Below, one piece after another: positions 19,180 through 29,384 of a stretch of DNA of 64,000 bases. Numbering within the stretch: the first letter of the stretch is position 1; each line of letters starts with the position of its first letter. Both the position numbers and the translations under genes were made by a program. Source of the stretch: an uncultured Fretibacterium sp. (GTDB lineage Bacteria > Synergistota > Synergistia > Synergistales > Aminobacteriaceae). The notes below the pieces were generated by a model. It ran no database searches and was not told where the DNA came from. It worked only from the letters and a program-made list of their open reading frames with translations. The stretch is from positions 861 to 64,860 of the forward strand of contig CALCEM010000027.1 of NCBI GenBank assembly GCA_937900285.1, read 5' to 3'.

Positions 19180-20269
19180 CCCTCAAAGAAAAATATACTG
19201 CTAAAACAGCAAATACTATATTTGGACACCAGCCAGCTACAAACGGCGGAATATTCCCGGATTCCCCAAACGCCCGGCATAACGACATAACTACATAATA
19301 CGCAAATACAATAACGACACTTATACCAAATCCAACACCACCGCCCGAACGTCCCCGCCTCGAAGCTCCAAACCCAGCACCTAAAACCGCCATTATTACG
19401 CACGCCCAAGGCACAGCAAGTTTTAAATGAAACATCACCCATAATTTTGATAAATCAGCACCGCCAATCCCGTCAGCATTTTTAATATATGTCCATAATT
19501 CATGCGCACTCATATCCGAAGGCTTCCGCGTGCTTCTCTCAAGTTGTGCCGGCGATAATCCTAAAGCTAATTTTTGCCGCTCAAATCTCAATAATAATTT
19601 TACTTCGCCTTCATCGTTCATCGTGTAAATTCTTCCGTCCTCGATCCACCATTGCATATCTTTATATATTCCGCTCTTCGCTGTTATAGTGTTCGATAAT
19701 ATTCCATCTTCAAAGTCATTTAAAATTATTCCGCTCATTATGCCTTTATTAGTGTCGAGCTGATCTATATAGAGAACCCGTTTTAATTCTCCGCCATGCT
19801 CCTCGCGTAAAAATACTTTTTCTTGAACAGCTGAAGCCTGATTTTTCATGATTTCATATTTCATTAATTTATCTGCCGCAATTGAAGCCATTGGGACAAA
19901 AGTTTCATTTAAAAATAATGCTGTCACCGCTATTAAAACCGAAACCAAAAACACAGGGCGCAAAATTCTCATGAATGGAATGCCTAAAGATTTTAAAGCT
20001 ATTAACTCACTCGAAGAATTTAAAGATGACATCCCCAACAATGTCGCCAATAATGAAGCCATCGGAATCGTTAATAAAATTACTTCAGGCAGTCTGTAAA
20101 AAAATAAACGCGTCACTACACTTAACGGAATCCCCTGCTGTATTATTAATTTAGCAGCTTGAAATAATAAATCTCCCGCAACAAATATTAATACAAAAAT
20201 TAATACGCCAAAACAAAAAGGCCCGGCAGCTGAACCAATTATTAATTTATCCAGTAATCTCGATCTCAT
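19166..20269 (-). CDS. LPS export permease, LptF/LptG (YjgP/YjgQ) family
   Basis: 367 aa. N-terminus LLDKLIIGSAAGPFCFGVLIFVLIF, six predicted TM segments and a periplasmic beta-jellyroll-like middle domain. Confidence 0.85.
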   Translation of the reverse strand: MRSRLLDKLIIGSAAGPFCFGVLIFVLIFVAGDLLFQAAKLIIQQGIPLSVVTRLFFYRLPEVILLTIPMASLLATLLGMSSLNSSSELIALKSLGIPFMRILRPVFLVSVLIAVTALFLNETFVPMASIAADKLMKYEIMKNQASAVQEKVFLREEHGGELKRVLYIDQLDTNKGIMSGIILNDFEDGILSNTITAKSGIYKDMQWWIEDGRIYTMNDEGEVKLLLRFERQKLALGLSPAQLERSTRKPSDMSAHELWTYIKNADGIGGADLSKLWVMFHLKLAVPWACVIMAVLGAGFGASRRGRSGGGVGFGISVVIVFAYYVVMSLCRAFGESGNIPPFVAGWCPNIVFAVLAVYFSLRVDRI

Positions 20270-20296
20270 AATTTATATTTTTATTTATATTTATAC

Positions 20297-21502
20297 TTAT
20301 ACTTCTCCGCTAAGTGCTTGAGCCGAATATTTACGGGTCATTGCTTCGCGTAAAGTCTCCACGAATTCCCGTGCAGTCGGCATCGTATCGCTCATTTCTC
20401 CATCAACTGAATTTGTGACGTGCATTATTGTTGCGTGTAAAAGTGATTCATAATTTGAAGCCAATGCGTTTATAAGTGACAGATGTCTCTCTACAACAGT
20501 TTCGGCCATTGTCGGCGAACATTCGGACAAAATTATTAACACTTGCATATCATCAAATTCAAAAATTGTATCTGAAATTCTTATGTCCTTTTTTATTAAT
20601 CTGCAGTATGCTATAAACGCTTCATGATATGGAGTCATATCTTCATCCGGTAATAAATTCGGAAATACTACACGGATCAAAACTCCAGTTAATTCACGCT
20701 TATAACGTCCAGCCCTGTATAAATCTTCATCGAGCCGTATCAAACCGTAATTATATGTATGTAAACCTGTTTCAGGATCACGTAACATCATGGCCGAAGC
20801 ATCGAGCTGTCCATTTTCTTCCGTTTCGTCTGCATCGTCACTGCTAGTCGGCAGAGCTTTATCCTTAAATTCAAAATAATATCTTTTGCCGTCATCGAGT
20901 TCTTTTCGTGAAATGTCCCAAAATTTTTCGTTTATTTCAACTGAACGACCTACGGGGCTGAAAAAATCTGACACTGGTTTATTTAAAATATTTTCTCGCT
21001 GAACATCTAAAACTTCCGCCATCTCTTCAGAAATATTTAAAATTATTCCTGCTGAATCAGTTATTACAAATTTTACGGGAATTTTTTTTACATCGTTCTC
21101 GATTCCGCTGCCAGCTTCCGAAGCGACGTGCGATGATTGATTATAAATTACAACGAGAGCGATCGCACCGCATACAGATAAAACTACTCCGAGCCATTCA
21201 AACATACGCGTCCCATATGATAAAGCCATCGGACATAAAATAATGCCTTGCGCTAATGCCTGTAACGGTATTAAACCCCCTGTTAATCCATTCATGTTAA
21301 ACAAGCCGTATAAAACAGACATAACTATAAATAACATCCAGACCATTGCCCAAATTGACAGGTCTATATCTCCACCAGGAAAGCCCCCGCCTAAAAGTCT
21401 AGCGAGAGCCACCGTTAAAATTGCCATAACTGGAGGAATTGTGAACCAGCCCAAAATATTCGAGCCGGTTTTTTTTATATTGCTAGCGTTTAAATTATTC
21501 AT
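20297..21502 (-). CDS. Membrane protein with a PAS-like domain and a degenerate GGDEF domain (active site replaced, RxxD I-site retained)
   Basis: About 4 N-terminal TM helices. The C-terminal domain starts GLHTYNYGLIRLDEDLYRAGRYKREL. At the GG(D/E)EF position it reads RISDTIFEFDDMQVLIIL, that is RxxD plus 5 residues and then DDMQV instead of GGDEF. Confidence 0.6.
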   Translation of the reverse strand: MNNLNASNIKKTGSNILGWFTIPPVMAILTVALARLLGGGFPGGDIDLSIWAMVWMLFIVMSVLYGLFNMNGLTGGLIPLQALAQGIILCPMALSYGTRMFEWLGVVLSVCGAIALVVIYNQSSHVASEAGSGIENDVKKIPVKFVITDSAGIILNISEEMAEVLDVQRENILNKPVSDFFSPVGRSVEINEKFWDISRKELDDGKRYYFEFKDKALPTSSDDADETEENGQLDASAMMLRDPETGLHTYNYGLIRLDEDLYRAGRYKRELTGVLIRVVFPNLLPDEDMTPYHEAFIAYCRLIKKDIRISDTIFEFDDMQVLIILSECSPTMAETVVERHLSLINALASNYESLLHATIMHVTNSVDGEMSDTMPTAREFVETLREAMTRKYSAQALSGEV

Positions 21503-21520
21503 GACAGTATAAAATTAAAA

Positions 21521-23128
21521 TTATCTGTATCCGAGTTCTTCGCCTTGAGGATAGGTCAGCGCAAAATCTACAATTATCTCGGAACTTTTACCAGCCGGAA
21601 TTTCTAACTCCCAAGTTAATATTTTTTGGGCGCTTAATTCTTTTTGTGCTGGAGTAATTTTTTTAATTTCAAGTTTAATTTTTTCATCAGTCGGAATCGG
21701 TAAACGATCTTTAACAATTATTTTTCTGGTTGAATCCGTGCCGTTGTTGATTATTAATTTATATCCTGAAGTTAAAACTCCGCTGAACCATGATGTACCA
21801 GTTTTTTCGATTATAGGTTCTTTCTTAATTGTAATTTGATCTATATAGCCAAATTCTATTTTATGTTGGGCCTGTTTGGATTCAGTTAAATTAATTTTTC
21901 CAGCTGGACGGCCGTCAATAAATAATTCTGTCATGGCCGGTATTAAACGTTTTGAAGCCGGATCGAGTTCTGCAATTATCCAAGCATCCCGCCTCAATTC
22001 CGGGATTAATAAAATTTTTGCTTCGCTCTTAAAATTGCTGGCTTCATAGAGTTCTATTTCAAGATTTAATTTATTTCCGTCACCCGTAATATTTGCTTCC
22101 GCCTCAATAACCCAGTCCGATAAAGATTGCGAAACGGTTGGAGCTGATCTCACGGATGACTCTTCAACAGCATACTCATCAATTCCTGAATCCATCGCGC
22201 TTTTTCTGTAAAGTGCCCTTGAGGAATTTCTCTCACTTCTTTCAACCTCTTCCCTGCGCCTTGAAGCTGCTGGCGGTACATTTTTGGGTTTAATGAAAAC
22301 TCTCACGGGTCTCAAATCCGGCGTTGTAATTTTTCCGTACGGGTCTTTTGTGTGTAAAATTATTTCTCCCTCATAATTTAAACCAGTTTTCTGAAAAATT
22401 TCCGTATACATATGATTTTCAATTTCGCCAGTTTCAGAATTTAAATACATAAAATATTTTGGAGTCCAGCCGGCAAAAGTCGTAAACGTCTCAAGCGTTA
22501 CAGTATCTTCAGCTTTACCGGTCACAACGAGTGAATATTTTGCGCGCCCCGGTTTTTTTGGATTATATTCGGATTCGAGAGCCTCTAAAATTTCGCGCTC
22601 GTTCTTTAAATCTTCCTGCAGGTCTCTTAAATCGCTTTCAGTTCTGTAACGTAATTTTTGAGCAGCCGGAATATATTCGAGCATATTTTTAGGGTCAGCC
22701 TTTTCCGGGTCATAATCGTTTAAAATTTTTATGGTCTGTTCGAGTGAATTTTTACGCGCTTCTAAATCTTCAACGGTTTTTATTTGGTCATCGAGTTTGC
22801 TTTTTAACTCTTCCAAAAATTCCGGAGTCCATTCCGCGCGGGTTTTTGTAAAAATTTGTACTCCTGCACCGTTGCCACTCGTTATAATAGTTTTGTCTTC
22901 GAGAAATGCGCCAGGTAATTCGGTATTAATTTCTCCGTCGGAATTTGGATAAACTTCAAATGTGAATTTTGCCCCGGACGGATAAAAATCAATTTTAGTG
23001 ATCTTAAACGGTTCATCAGGTTCGGTAATATCTTCAACAGTTATACTCTGAATAACCGCACCATATGAAGCAATTGAAAAAATAAAAATTGAAGTTAATA
23101 TAAAAATTGCAGTTAGGAAATTTCGCAT
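21521..23128 (-). CDS. Exported DUF4139/DUF4140-like (TIGR02231-type) protein with a coiled coil
   Basis: 535 aa. Signal peptide MRNFLTAIFILTSIFIFSIASYGA, a central coiled coil, and a beta-rich C-terminus. The family call comes from overall architecture only. Confidence 0.45.
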   Translation of the reverse strand: MRNFLTAIFILTSIFIFSIASYGAVIQSITVEDITEPDEPFKITKIDFYPSGAKFTFEVYPNSDGEINTELPGAFLEDKTIITSGNGAGVQIFTKTRAEWTPEFLEELKSKLDDQIKTVEDLEARKNSLEQTIKILNDYDPEKADPKNMLEYIPAAQKLRYRTESDLRDLQEDLKNEREILEALESEYNPKKPGRAKYSLVVTGKAEDTVTLETFTTFAGWTPKYFMYLNSETGEIENHMYTEIFQKTGLNYEGEIILHTKDPYGKITTPDLRPVRVFIKPKNVPPAASRRREEVERSERNSSRALYRKSAMDSGIDEYAVEESSVRSAPTVSQSLSDWVIEAEANITGDGNKLNLEIELYEASNFKSEAKILLIPELRRDAWIIAELDPASKRLIPAMTELFIDGRPAGKINLTESKQAQHKIEFGYIDQITIKKEPIIEKTGTSWFSGVLTSGYKLIINNGTDSTRKIIVKDRLPIPTDEKIKLEIKKITPAQKELSAQKILTWELEIPAGKSSEIIVDFALTYPQGEELGYR

Positions 23129-23402
23129 AAAAAAATTACACGCTCCTTTTAAAAAATTAAATATGTTTATTATAATGTATAAAATAAAAAAATAATTTAC
23201 GCCCTGTTATAAAATCTCATTTGGTGTAAAATCTAATCTGTTTAAAAATTTTTTTTGACGGTGTATATTTTTTTGTGTTAATCTGAATCGCTGAAAAATT
23301 TTAAATTTTTAAATTTGAATTTGAATTTATAAAGCATATCGGAATATAAAATAAATAATTTAGTAAATAAAAATATCTGGATGGGAGGCATTTTTTTTAC
23401 AA

Positions 23403-23741
23403 ATGGATAGCAGCCTATTAATAGATTTCAATGGCACTTACGGTCAGTTTAATGTTAGAAGGGTATACGGTGATGATTATCATAGCTCCATCCAGCTACA
23501 ACAAACAGGCGAAGCCCCGCAGTTGTCATTTGAAAATATTTTGGAGCAGTCATTTAAACAAGTTAATAAATTACAGCTTGAAGCAGATAAAAAAGTACGA
23601 GACCTCGCAATCGGTGACGTAAATGATATTTCAGAAGTCGTCCTCGCAACTTCCAGAGCTGATACAGCATTAAGATTATTAATGGAATGCCGCAATAAAT
23701 TTCTTGACGCATATCAAGCTTTATCACGAATTACAGGCTAA
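23403..23741 (+). CDS. fliE: Flagellar hook-basal body complex protein FliE
   Basis: 112 aa. FENILEQSFKQVNKLQLEADKKVRDLAIGDVNDISEVVLATSRADTALRLLMECRNKFLDAYQALSRI is the FliE signature. Confidence 0.9.
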   Translation: MDSSLLIDFNGTYGQFNVRRVYGDDYHSSIQLQQTGEAPQLSFENILEQSFKQVNKLQLEADKKVRDLAIGDVNDISEVVLATSRADTALRLLMECRNKFLDAYQALSRITG

Positions 23742-23754
23742 TAAATAAAATATC

Positions 23755-25329
23755 ATGGAGAATTTAAAACGCTGGTGGAGTTCGTTTTTAACATTATGGT
23801 CATCGTTAAAAGTTTGGCAGAGGATTTCGCTAGTTTTGGCCATAATTTTAATTTTTGCAGTTTTAGGAGGCTTAATATTTTTTTCAAGCCGTACAGATTT
23901 CGAGCCTTTATTTGCTGGTTTGAGCGTTGAAGATCAGGCGGCTATCGTTGATTATTTACGCGAGAATAATATTCAGTATAAAGTCGATCCCGGTGCAAAT
24001 GCAATTTTAACGCCAGCTAAATCAGTTTACGAAACTCGTTTAACCCTCGCGCAAATGGGACTGCCTAAGGGTGGCAGCACTGGTTTTGAAATTTTCGACG
24101 ATTCAAAAATGGGCATGAGCGAATTTCAGCAAAGAATCTCATATATAAGAGCCATCGAGGGAGAATTATCCAGAACGATCACTCAAATGGCTCAAATTGA
24201 AGCCGCGCGAGTTAGTGTAGTAATTCCTGAACAGCGGTTATTTTTGGAACAGCAGAAACCATCAACAGCTTCAGTGTTATTACATTTGAAGAACGGTGCG
24301 AATTTAGGACAAAACCAAGTAAAAGCAATAATACATTTGGTGGCGCATAGTGTAGACGGTTTGAACCCTTCTGAAGTAACTGTCGTTGATACGACCGGGA
24401 GAATTTTATCTGATATGGTTTCGGACAGCATGATTTTATATTCAAATGACGGCAAAAATTCTATTACTAGCGTTCAGCGTGAACTCGAAAGACAATACGA
24501 GAATGAACTTGAACATAAAATTAAAGTGATGCTCGAACATGTTTACGGACCAGGCAGCGCAGTCGTTAGAGTTAAAGCGGATTTGGATTTTGATAAGAAA
24601 ACTACATCATTTATTGAATATACTCCGAATCCTGACACCGGCACAGGCGTTCCCCGCAGCAATGAACGAATGGAAGAAAGTTATACAGGACAAAGCCAGC
24701 CAACTGATGGAACTCCGGGAACTACGACAAATATACCAGGTTACGCGATAAATCAATCAACAGCCGAAAGCGAATACAGCAAAACAACTGCCACAACAAA
24801 TTACGAAATTACAACCAGAAAAGGCGATCAAACTATAACACCAGGAGGAATTAAAAGGCTGTCAGCTTCTGTTTTAATTGATGATCCAAAAGGCGATATT
24901 GATAATTTAAGGCTCGAAGAATTGCGTGAAATAATTTCTTCTGCATTGGGTTTAAATACTCAGCGCGGAGACAGTTTAGTTGTTCGGGCTTTGAAATTTT
25001 CTACAGCATTTGCCGACAGCATGGCCGAAGAATTACGGCGCGATCGTATGCAGAGAATAATTTCTGTTGCGGTCGGAATGGTAACAATAATTTTATTTGC
25101 TCTCGGTATGCTTTACTGGTACATAAGAAGAAAACGCGCAAAACTCGCTGTACAGGAAATAGAAGCAGAAGCAAAGAAAGTCCCGACCATTCAAGAAATG
25201 TTAACATCGCCGGATTTGTTAGCGTTTCAGGGTGAAATGGCTGTGTTAGAAGAACAGTTAAAAGCTTATGCGAGAAATCATCCTGAAGAAATTGCAAATC
25301 TCGTTAATGAATGGCTGTCAGCAGATTAA
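23755..25329 (+). CDS. fliF: Flagellar M-ring protein FliF
   Basis: 524 aa. N-terminal TM helix, YscJ/FliF domain (LFAGLSVEDQAAIVDYLRENNIQYKV), second TM helix, and a C-terminal FliG-binding tail. Confidence 0.95.
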   Translation: MENLKRWWSSFLTLWSSLKVWQRISLVLAIILIFAVLGGLIFFSSRTDFEPLFAGLSVEDQAAIVDYLRENNIQYKVDPGANAILTPAKSVYETRLTLAQMGLPKGGSTGFEIFDDSKMGMSEFQQRISYIRAIEGELSRTITQMAQIEAARVSVVIPEQRLFLEQQKPSTASVLLHLKNGANLGQNQVKAIIHLVAHSVDGLNPSEVTVVDTTGRILSDMVSDSMILYSNDGKNSITSVQRELERQYENELEHKIKVMLEHVYGPGSAVVRVKADLDFDKKTTSFIEYTPNPDTGTGVPRSNERMEESYTGQSQPTDGTPGTTTNIPGYAINQSTAESEYSKTTATTNYEITTRKGDQTITPGGIKRLSASVLIDDPKGDIDNLRLEELREIISSALGLNTQRGDSLVVRALKFSTAFADSMAEELRRDRMQRIISVAVGMVTIILFALGMLYWYIRRKRAKLAVQEIEAEAKKVPTIQEMLTSPDLLAFQGEMAVLEEQLKAYARNHPEEIANLVNEWLSAD

Positions 25330-25353
25330 AATTTAAAAAGGGAGGTGCGTTAA

Positions 25354-26370
25354 ATGGCAGTCGCAAAAGATAAAGAATTATCGGGCCGCGAAAAAGCTGC
25401 GATATTATTAGTTTCACTCGGCAGTGATGTAGCTCCGGAAGTTTATAAGAAATTGGACGATGCTACGATCGAAATGATCACGCTCGAAATTGCAAATTTA
25501 AAAAAAGTTCCGCCCGACGTTAAATTAAAAGTTTTGAAAGAAGCTCAGGAAATTTTAATGGCACGCGAGTTCATGGCACGCGGAGGAGTTGATTACGCCC
25601 GTGATGTTTTGGAACGAGCACTCGGCCCGGAACGCGCACAAAGTTTACTGGACAGAATTACTGCAAGCTTACAGGTCAGGCCGTTCGATTTCATGAGACA
25701 TACTGACGCAGCTCAAATTTTAGGATTTATTCAGAACGAACATCCGCAGACAATTGCGTTAATTTTGTCATATCTCGAACCGCAGCAGGCAGCTATGATA
25801 TTAAGCGGATTGAGTCCGATAATGCAGGCCGATGTAACAAAACGTATCGCAAATATGGACAGAATTACACCGGAAGTTTTAAGAGAGGTCGAGAGAGTGC
25901 TTGAACGTAAATTAAGTAGCGTAATGGGTCAAGACTTTACGGTCGCCGGAGGTATTGATGCGGTCGTCGCGATCGTGAACAGCACTGACAGAGCTACGGA
26001 ACGGAATATTATGGAGTATCTCGAAGAAAATGATCCGGAACTCGCTGAAGAGATTAAAAAGAGATTATTTGTATTTGAGGATGCTATGAGACTCGATGAC
26101 AGATCGTTACAGAGAGTTTTACGCGAAGTCGATTTAAAAGAATTGAGCCTGGCTTTAAAAGGTGCGAGCGAAGATTTAAAAGCGAAATTTTTCAAAAATA
26201 TGTCCAAACGTGCCGCAGAAATGTTGCAGGAAGATATGGATTTTATGGGGCCTGTACGCGTTAAGGATGTTGAAGAGGCTCAACAAAAAGTCGTAAACGT
26301 TATAAGGAGTCTGGAAGAACAGGGCGAGATCGTTATTGCAACTGGCGGAGGAGACGAACTGGTTGTCTAA
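25354..26370 (+). CDS. fliG: Flagellar motor switch protein FliG
   Basis: 338 aa. LSGREKAAILLVSLG, EHPQTIALILSYL, and the C-terminal motif MSKRAAEMLQEDM. Confidence 0.96.
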   Translation: MAVAKDKELSGREKAAILLVSLGSDVAPEVYKKLDDATIEMITLEIANLKKVPPDVKLKVLKEAQEILMAREFMARGGVDYARDVLERALGPERAQSLLDRITASLQVRPFDFMRHTDAAQILGFIQNEHPQTIALILSYLEPQQAAMILSGLSPIMQADVTKRIANMDRITPEVLREVERVLERKLSSVMGQDFTVAGGIDAVVAIVNSTDRATERNIMEYLEENDPELAEEIKKRLFVFEDAMRLDDRSLQRVLREVDLKELSLALKGASEDLKAKFFKNMSKRAAEMLQEDMDFMGPVRVKDVEEAQQKVVNVIRSLEEQGEIVIATGGGDELVV

Positions 26371-27331
26371 TCATAGAGTTTTCAGGACTGTAAGACTTCT
26401 GGATCAGACCGTTAAAATTGGAATTCTCGAAAAGGAGATCGAAAACGAAAGCGCAAATAATAATAATAATAATAAATCTCCTGAACGTGATTCAGTTAAG
26501 GCTGAAAATTTTAAAAGTTCTCAGAGCAATAACGATATTAAAAAAAGCGATTCCGATGGGATTAAGCCGAAAATAAAAATTCAGACTGATCCCGAAATTT
26601 TAAAACAAATTGAATTATTACAGGATAAATTAGCAGATGAAGAATTAAAAAACGTTGAATTAACCGAAGCCAAAAATAAATTGGAATCCGAAATTAACGG
26701 CGTGAAATTAGATTACGAAGGCAGAAAACGCGAACTCGAAAACAACGCCGCAGCTAACGCGAAAAAAATCGCTGACGAAGCTAAAAATAAAGGTTACGAT
26801 GACGGATTTAAAAAAGGCCATAAAGAAGGAATCGATAAAGCACGCAAAGAAATTGAAAAGGAATATTTAAATAAATTCGCCGACCTAATGAAAATTATTG
26901 ACAACGTCGGGGATAATTTGAACGAAAAATTTACAGAACTTGTAAAATTAAATCAGCCTAGATTAATTCGCGTTTGGACCGAAATGTTACGCAAAATGTT
27001 AAACAGACAGGTCGAATTAAATCCCGATACTATAGACGATGTTTTAACGGAATTATTGACGAGGTTAAGCGATAAAAATCAAATTATTATTTACGTTTCA
27101 CCCGATGACGCTAAACATTTAGAGGCCGAGATCGATACGAAATTTCAGGAAGTTTTACGCGGAGTTAAGCGACTGGAAATTAAATCAGATAAAAGCGTCG
27201 ACCCCGGCAGTTGCATCGTTGAGACTGGACTCGGAGTATATGACGCAAGATGGAAAACTCAAATGTCTCAAGTTGAAAGCGTCGTAAATAATATTTTTCA
27301 ACAGATGATAAAAGATGAAAAAGACAACTGA
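26363..27331 (+). CDS. fliH: Flagellar assembly protein FliH
   Basis: The C-terminal FliH domain (LNRQVELNPDTIDDVL...CIVETGLGVYDARWKTQ) sits between fliG and fliI. The start is uncertain. The TTG at 26363 lies 9 nt after GGAGGAG; the ORF track uses the TTG at 26336. Confidence 0.8.
   Translation: MSNHRVFRTVRLLDQTVKIGILEKEIENESANNNNNNKSPERDSVKAENFKSSQSNNDIKKSDSDGIKPKIKIQTDPEILKQIELLQDKLADEELKNVELTEAKNKLESEINGVKLDYEGRKRELENNAAANAKKIADEAKNKGYDDGFKKGHKEGIDKARKEIEKEYLNKFADLMKIIDNVGDNLNEKFTELVKLNQPRLIRVWTEMLRKMLNRQVELNPDTIDDVLTELLTRLSDKNQIIIYVSPDDAKHLEAEIDTKFQEVLRGVKRLEIKSDKSVDPGSCIVETGLGVYDARWKTQMSQVESVVNNIFQQMIKDEKDN
26456..26473 (+). repeat. (AAT)6 microsatellite encoding Asn6 in FliH
   Basis: aataataataataataat read directly. 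It encodes SANNNNNNKSP. Confidence 0.9.
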
Positions 27332-28754
27332 AAAAAAACAGGAAAAACAGGAAAAAAATATTAAACCGCCGAAAAATTCAAAGCCAGATAAAAATAAAAA
27401 TCAAGTTCACGAAATAGAAATTGACGAGCCTAATTTATTCCAAATGTTTGCGGTTGATTTATTGCAGGTTCCTCTTGTGAAAATCAACGGGAAAATTGTT
27501 CAGGTCGTTGGTTTGGTTGCAGAATCTCAAGGCCCGGATGTAAAAATCGGTGATTTATGTCATATACAATTCAGAGATGGCTCGCACGAATTAGATGCGG
27601 AGGTCGTAGGATTTCGCGAGGATAGAGTTTTATTAATGCCGCTCGGAGCTTTAAACGAAGTCGGGCCGGGCTGTGATGTAATTTCAACAAATAGACCGCT
27701 TGAAGTTCCTGTCGGTAATGCATTGCTCGGAAGAGTTCTCGACGGTTTAGGGAATCCGATCGATGATAAAGGCCCAATTATTGCCGAAGATTTTTATCCG
27801 TTATATGCAACACCTCCGCACCCTTTGCGCCGTAAAATGGTCGACACTCCTTTATCTGTTGGGGTTCGAGTTGTTGACGGAATGTTGACGCTCGGAAAAG
27901 GTCAGCGAATTGGAATTTTTGCAGGTTCGGGCGTTGGGAAAAGTACACTGCTCGGAATGATGGCGCGTTATACAACAGCAGATGTAAATGTAATTTCTCT
28001 GGTTGGTGAACGTGGACGCGAAGTCCGGGAATTTATTGAGCGAGATCTCGGCCCTGAAGGTTTAAAACGTTCGGTGTTAGTTATAGCGACTTCGGATCAG
28101 CCTGCTTTAATTCGTTTGAAATCGGCCATGACTGCGACAGCTATAGCAGAATATTTCAGAGATCAGGGAAAAGATGTTTTATTAATGATGGACACTGTTA
28201 CGAGGGTTGCACGCGCTCAACGTGAAATCGGTCTGGCAATTGGTGAGCCTCCTGCTACTAGAGGTTACACGCCTTCAGTTTTTGAGATGCTGCCGAGATT
28301 GTTGGAACGCGCTGGAGCTGGAGAAACCGGGAGCATAACCGGAATTTATACGGTTTTAGTCGATGGCGATGACATGAACGAACCTGTAGCGGATAATGTT
28401 CGGGGAATTTTGGACGGTCATATTGTTTTGTCGCGTAAAATTGCGGCGAGGAATTTTTATCCGGCGGTGAGCGTTTTGGATAGTGTCAGCCGTGTAATGC
28501 CGGTTTTAGTTTCGCGTGAACATTTGGATGCAGCCGGGCGCGTTAGGGATTTATTAGCGACTTATGCGGAGTCCGAAGATTTAATAAATATTGGTGCTTA
28601 TAAATCCGGCTCAAATCCTCGCGTTGACTGGGCGTTAGAAAATATGTCGGATGTCAGAAATTTTTTATCTCAGCGCGTTGAAGATCACACAACTTTTGAA
28701 GAGACTGACAACAGATTATTAAATATTGCGAAATATCCGGAAAATATAAATTAA
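27315..28754 (+). CDS. fliI: Flagellum-specific ATPase FliI
   Basis: Walker A GSGVGKST, Walker B-type LLMMDTVTR, and the F1/T3SS ATPase fold throughout. The K/E/N-rich N-terminal extension makes the exact start uncertain. Confidence 0.95.
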   Translation: MKKTTEKKQEKQEKNIKPPKNSKPDKNKNQVHEIEIDEPNLFQMFAVDLLQVPLVKINGKIVQVVGLVAESQGPDVKIGDLCHIQFRDGSHELDAEVVGFREDRVLLMPLGALNEVGPGCDVISTNRPLEVPVGNALLGRVLDGLGNPIDDKGPIIAEDFYPLYATPPHPLRRKMVDTPLSVGVRVVDGMLTLGKGQRIGIFAGSGVGKSTLLGMMARYTTADVNVISLVGERGREVREFIERDLGPEGLKRSVLVIATSDQPALIRLKSAMTATAIAEYFRDQGKDVLLMMDTVTRVARAQREIGLAIGEPPATRGYTPSVFEMLPRLLERAGAGETGSITGIYTVLVDGDDMNEPVADNVRGILDGHIVLSRKIAARNFYPAVSVLDSVSRVMPVLVSREHLDAAGRVRDLLATYAESEDLINIGAYKSGSNPRVDWALENMSDVRNFLSQRVEDHTTFEETDNRLLNIAKYPENIN

Positions 28755-28917
28755 TATAAATATAGATTAATAAATTTTTATCTGTAATAAAATCATTTCG
28801 GAATGTAAAATTTTATTCAGGGGTTCACGATATTTATTATAAATTTATAAATTAATTTGATCCTCACGAATATTTTTATTATTTTTGTCACGCAAATTTT
28901 AAAAGGAGGCTAATTAA

Positions 28918-29379
28918 TTGCAGGAAAGAATTTCAAGATTCAACAGAATTTTAAAGATCCGCGAAGATTACAGACGGGACGAGCAGGCCGTTTTAGCTTC
29001 TGAACGCAACGAGGAACGACTTGTATTAAATCAGCTGGACGTGTTAGCAAACGAAAAAGCTAAAGCAATAAAAGATTTTAGCAGGACCGGCGAGAAAGTT
29101 TTATCAAGTAATGAATTATGGTTTCAGCGTCAATTTATTTCTGCGATTGATTCTGACATCTCAAAGAGCAATGACTCATTAAAAGATGTGCGCACCAGAA
29201 TAGCAGGGACTGAAGCGAGACTTGTAGAACGTCATAAGGACGTGAAAATTATGGAGACATATATTGATCATTTGAAACAGAATGATTTTCAGGAAAATTT
29301 ATTACTCGAACAAAACGAACTCGATGACGTTGCTACGATGCAATATTCAAGAATAAGATTAACGAACAGGAGAAATTAA
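28918..29379 (+). CDS. fliJ: Flagellar export chaperone FliJ
   Basis: 153 aa all-helical protein: RFNRILKIREDYRRDEQAVLASE...RLVERHKDVKIMETYIDHLK. Position is right after fliI. TTG start 8 nt after AAGGAGG. Confidence 0.75.
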   Translation: MQERISRFNRILKIREDYRRDEQAVLASERNEERLVLNQLDVLANEKAKAIKDFSRTGEKVLSSNELWFQRQFISAIDSDISKSNDSLKDVRTRIAGTEARLVERHKDVKIMETYIDHLKQNDFQENLLLEQNELDDVATMQYSRIRLTNRRN

Positions 29380-29384
29380 AAAAA

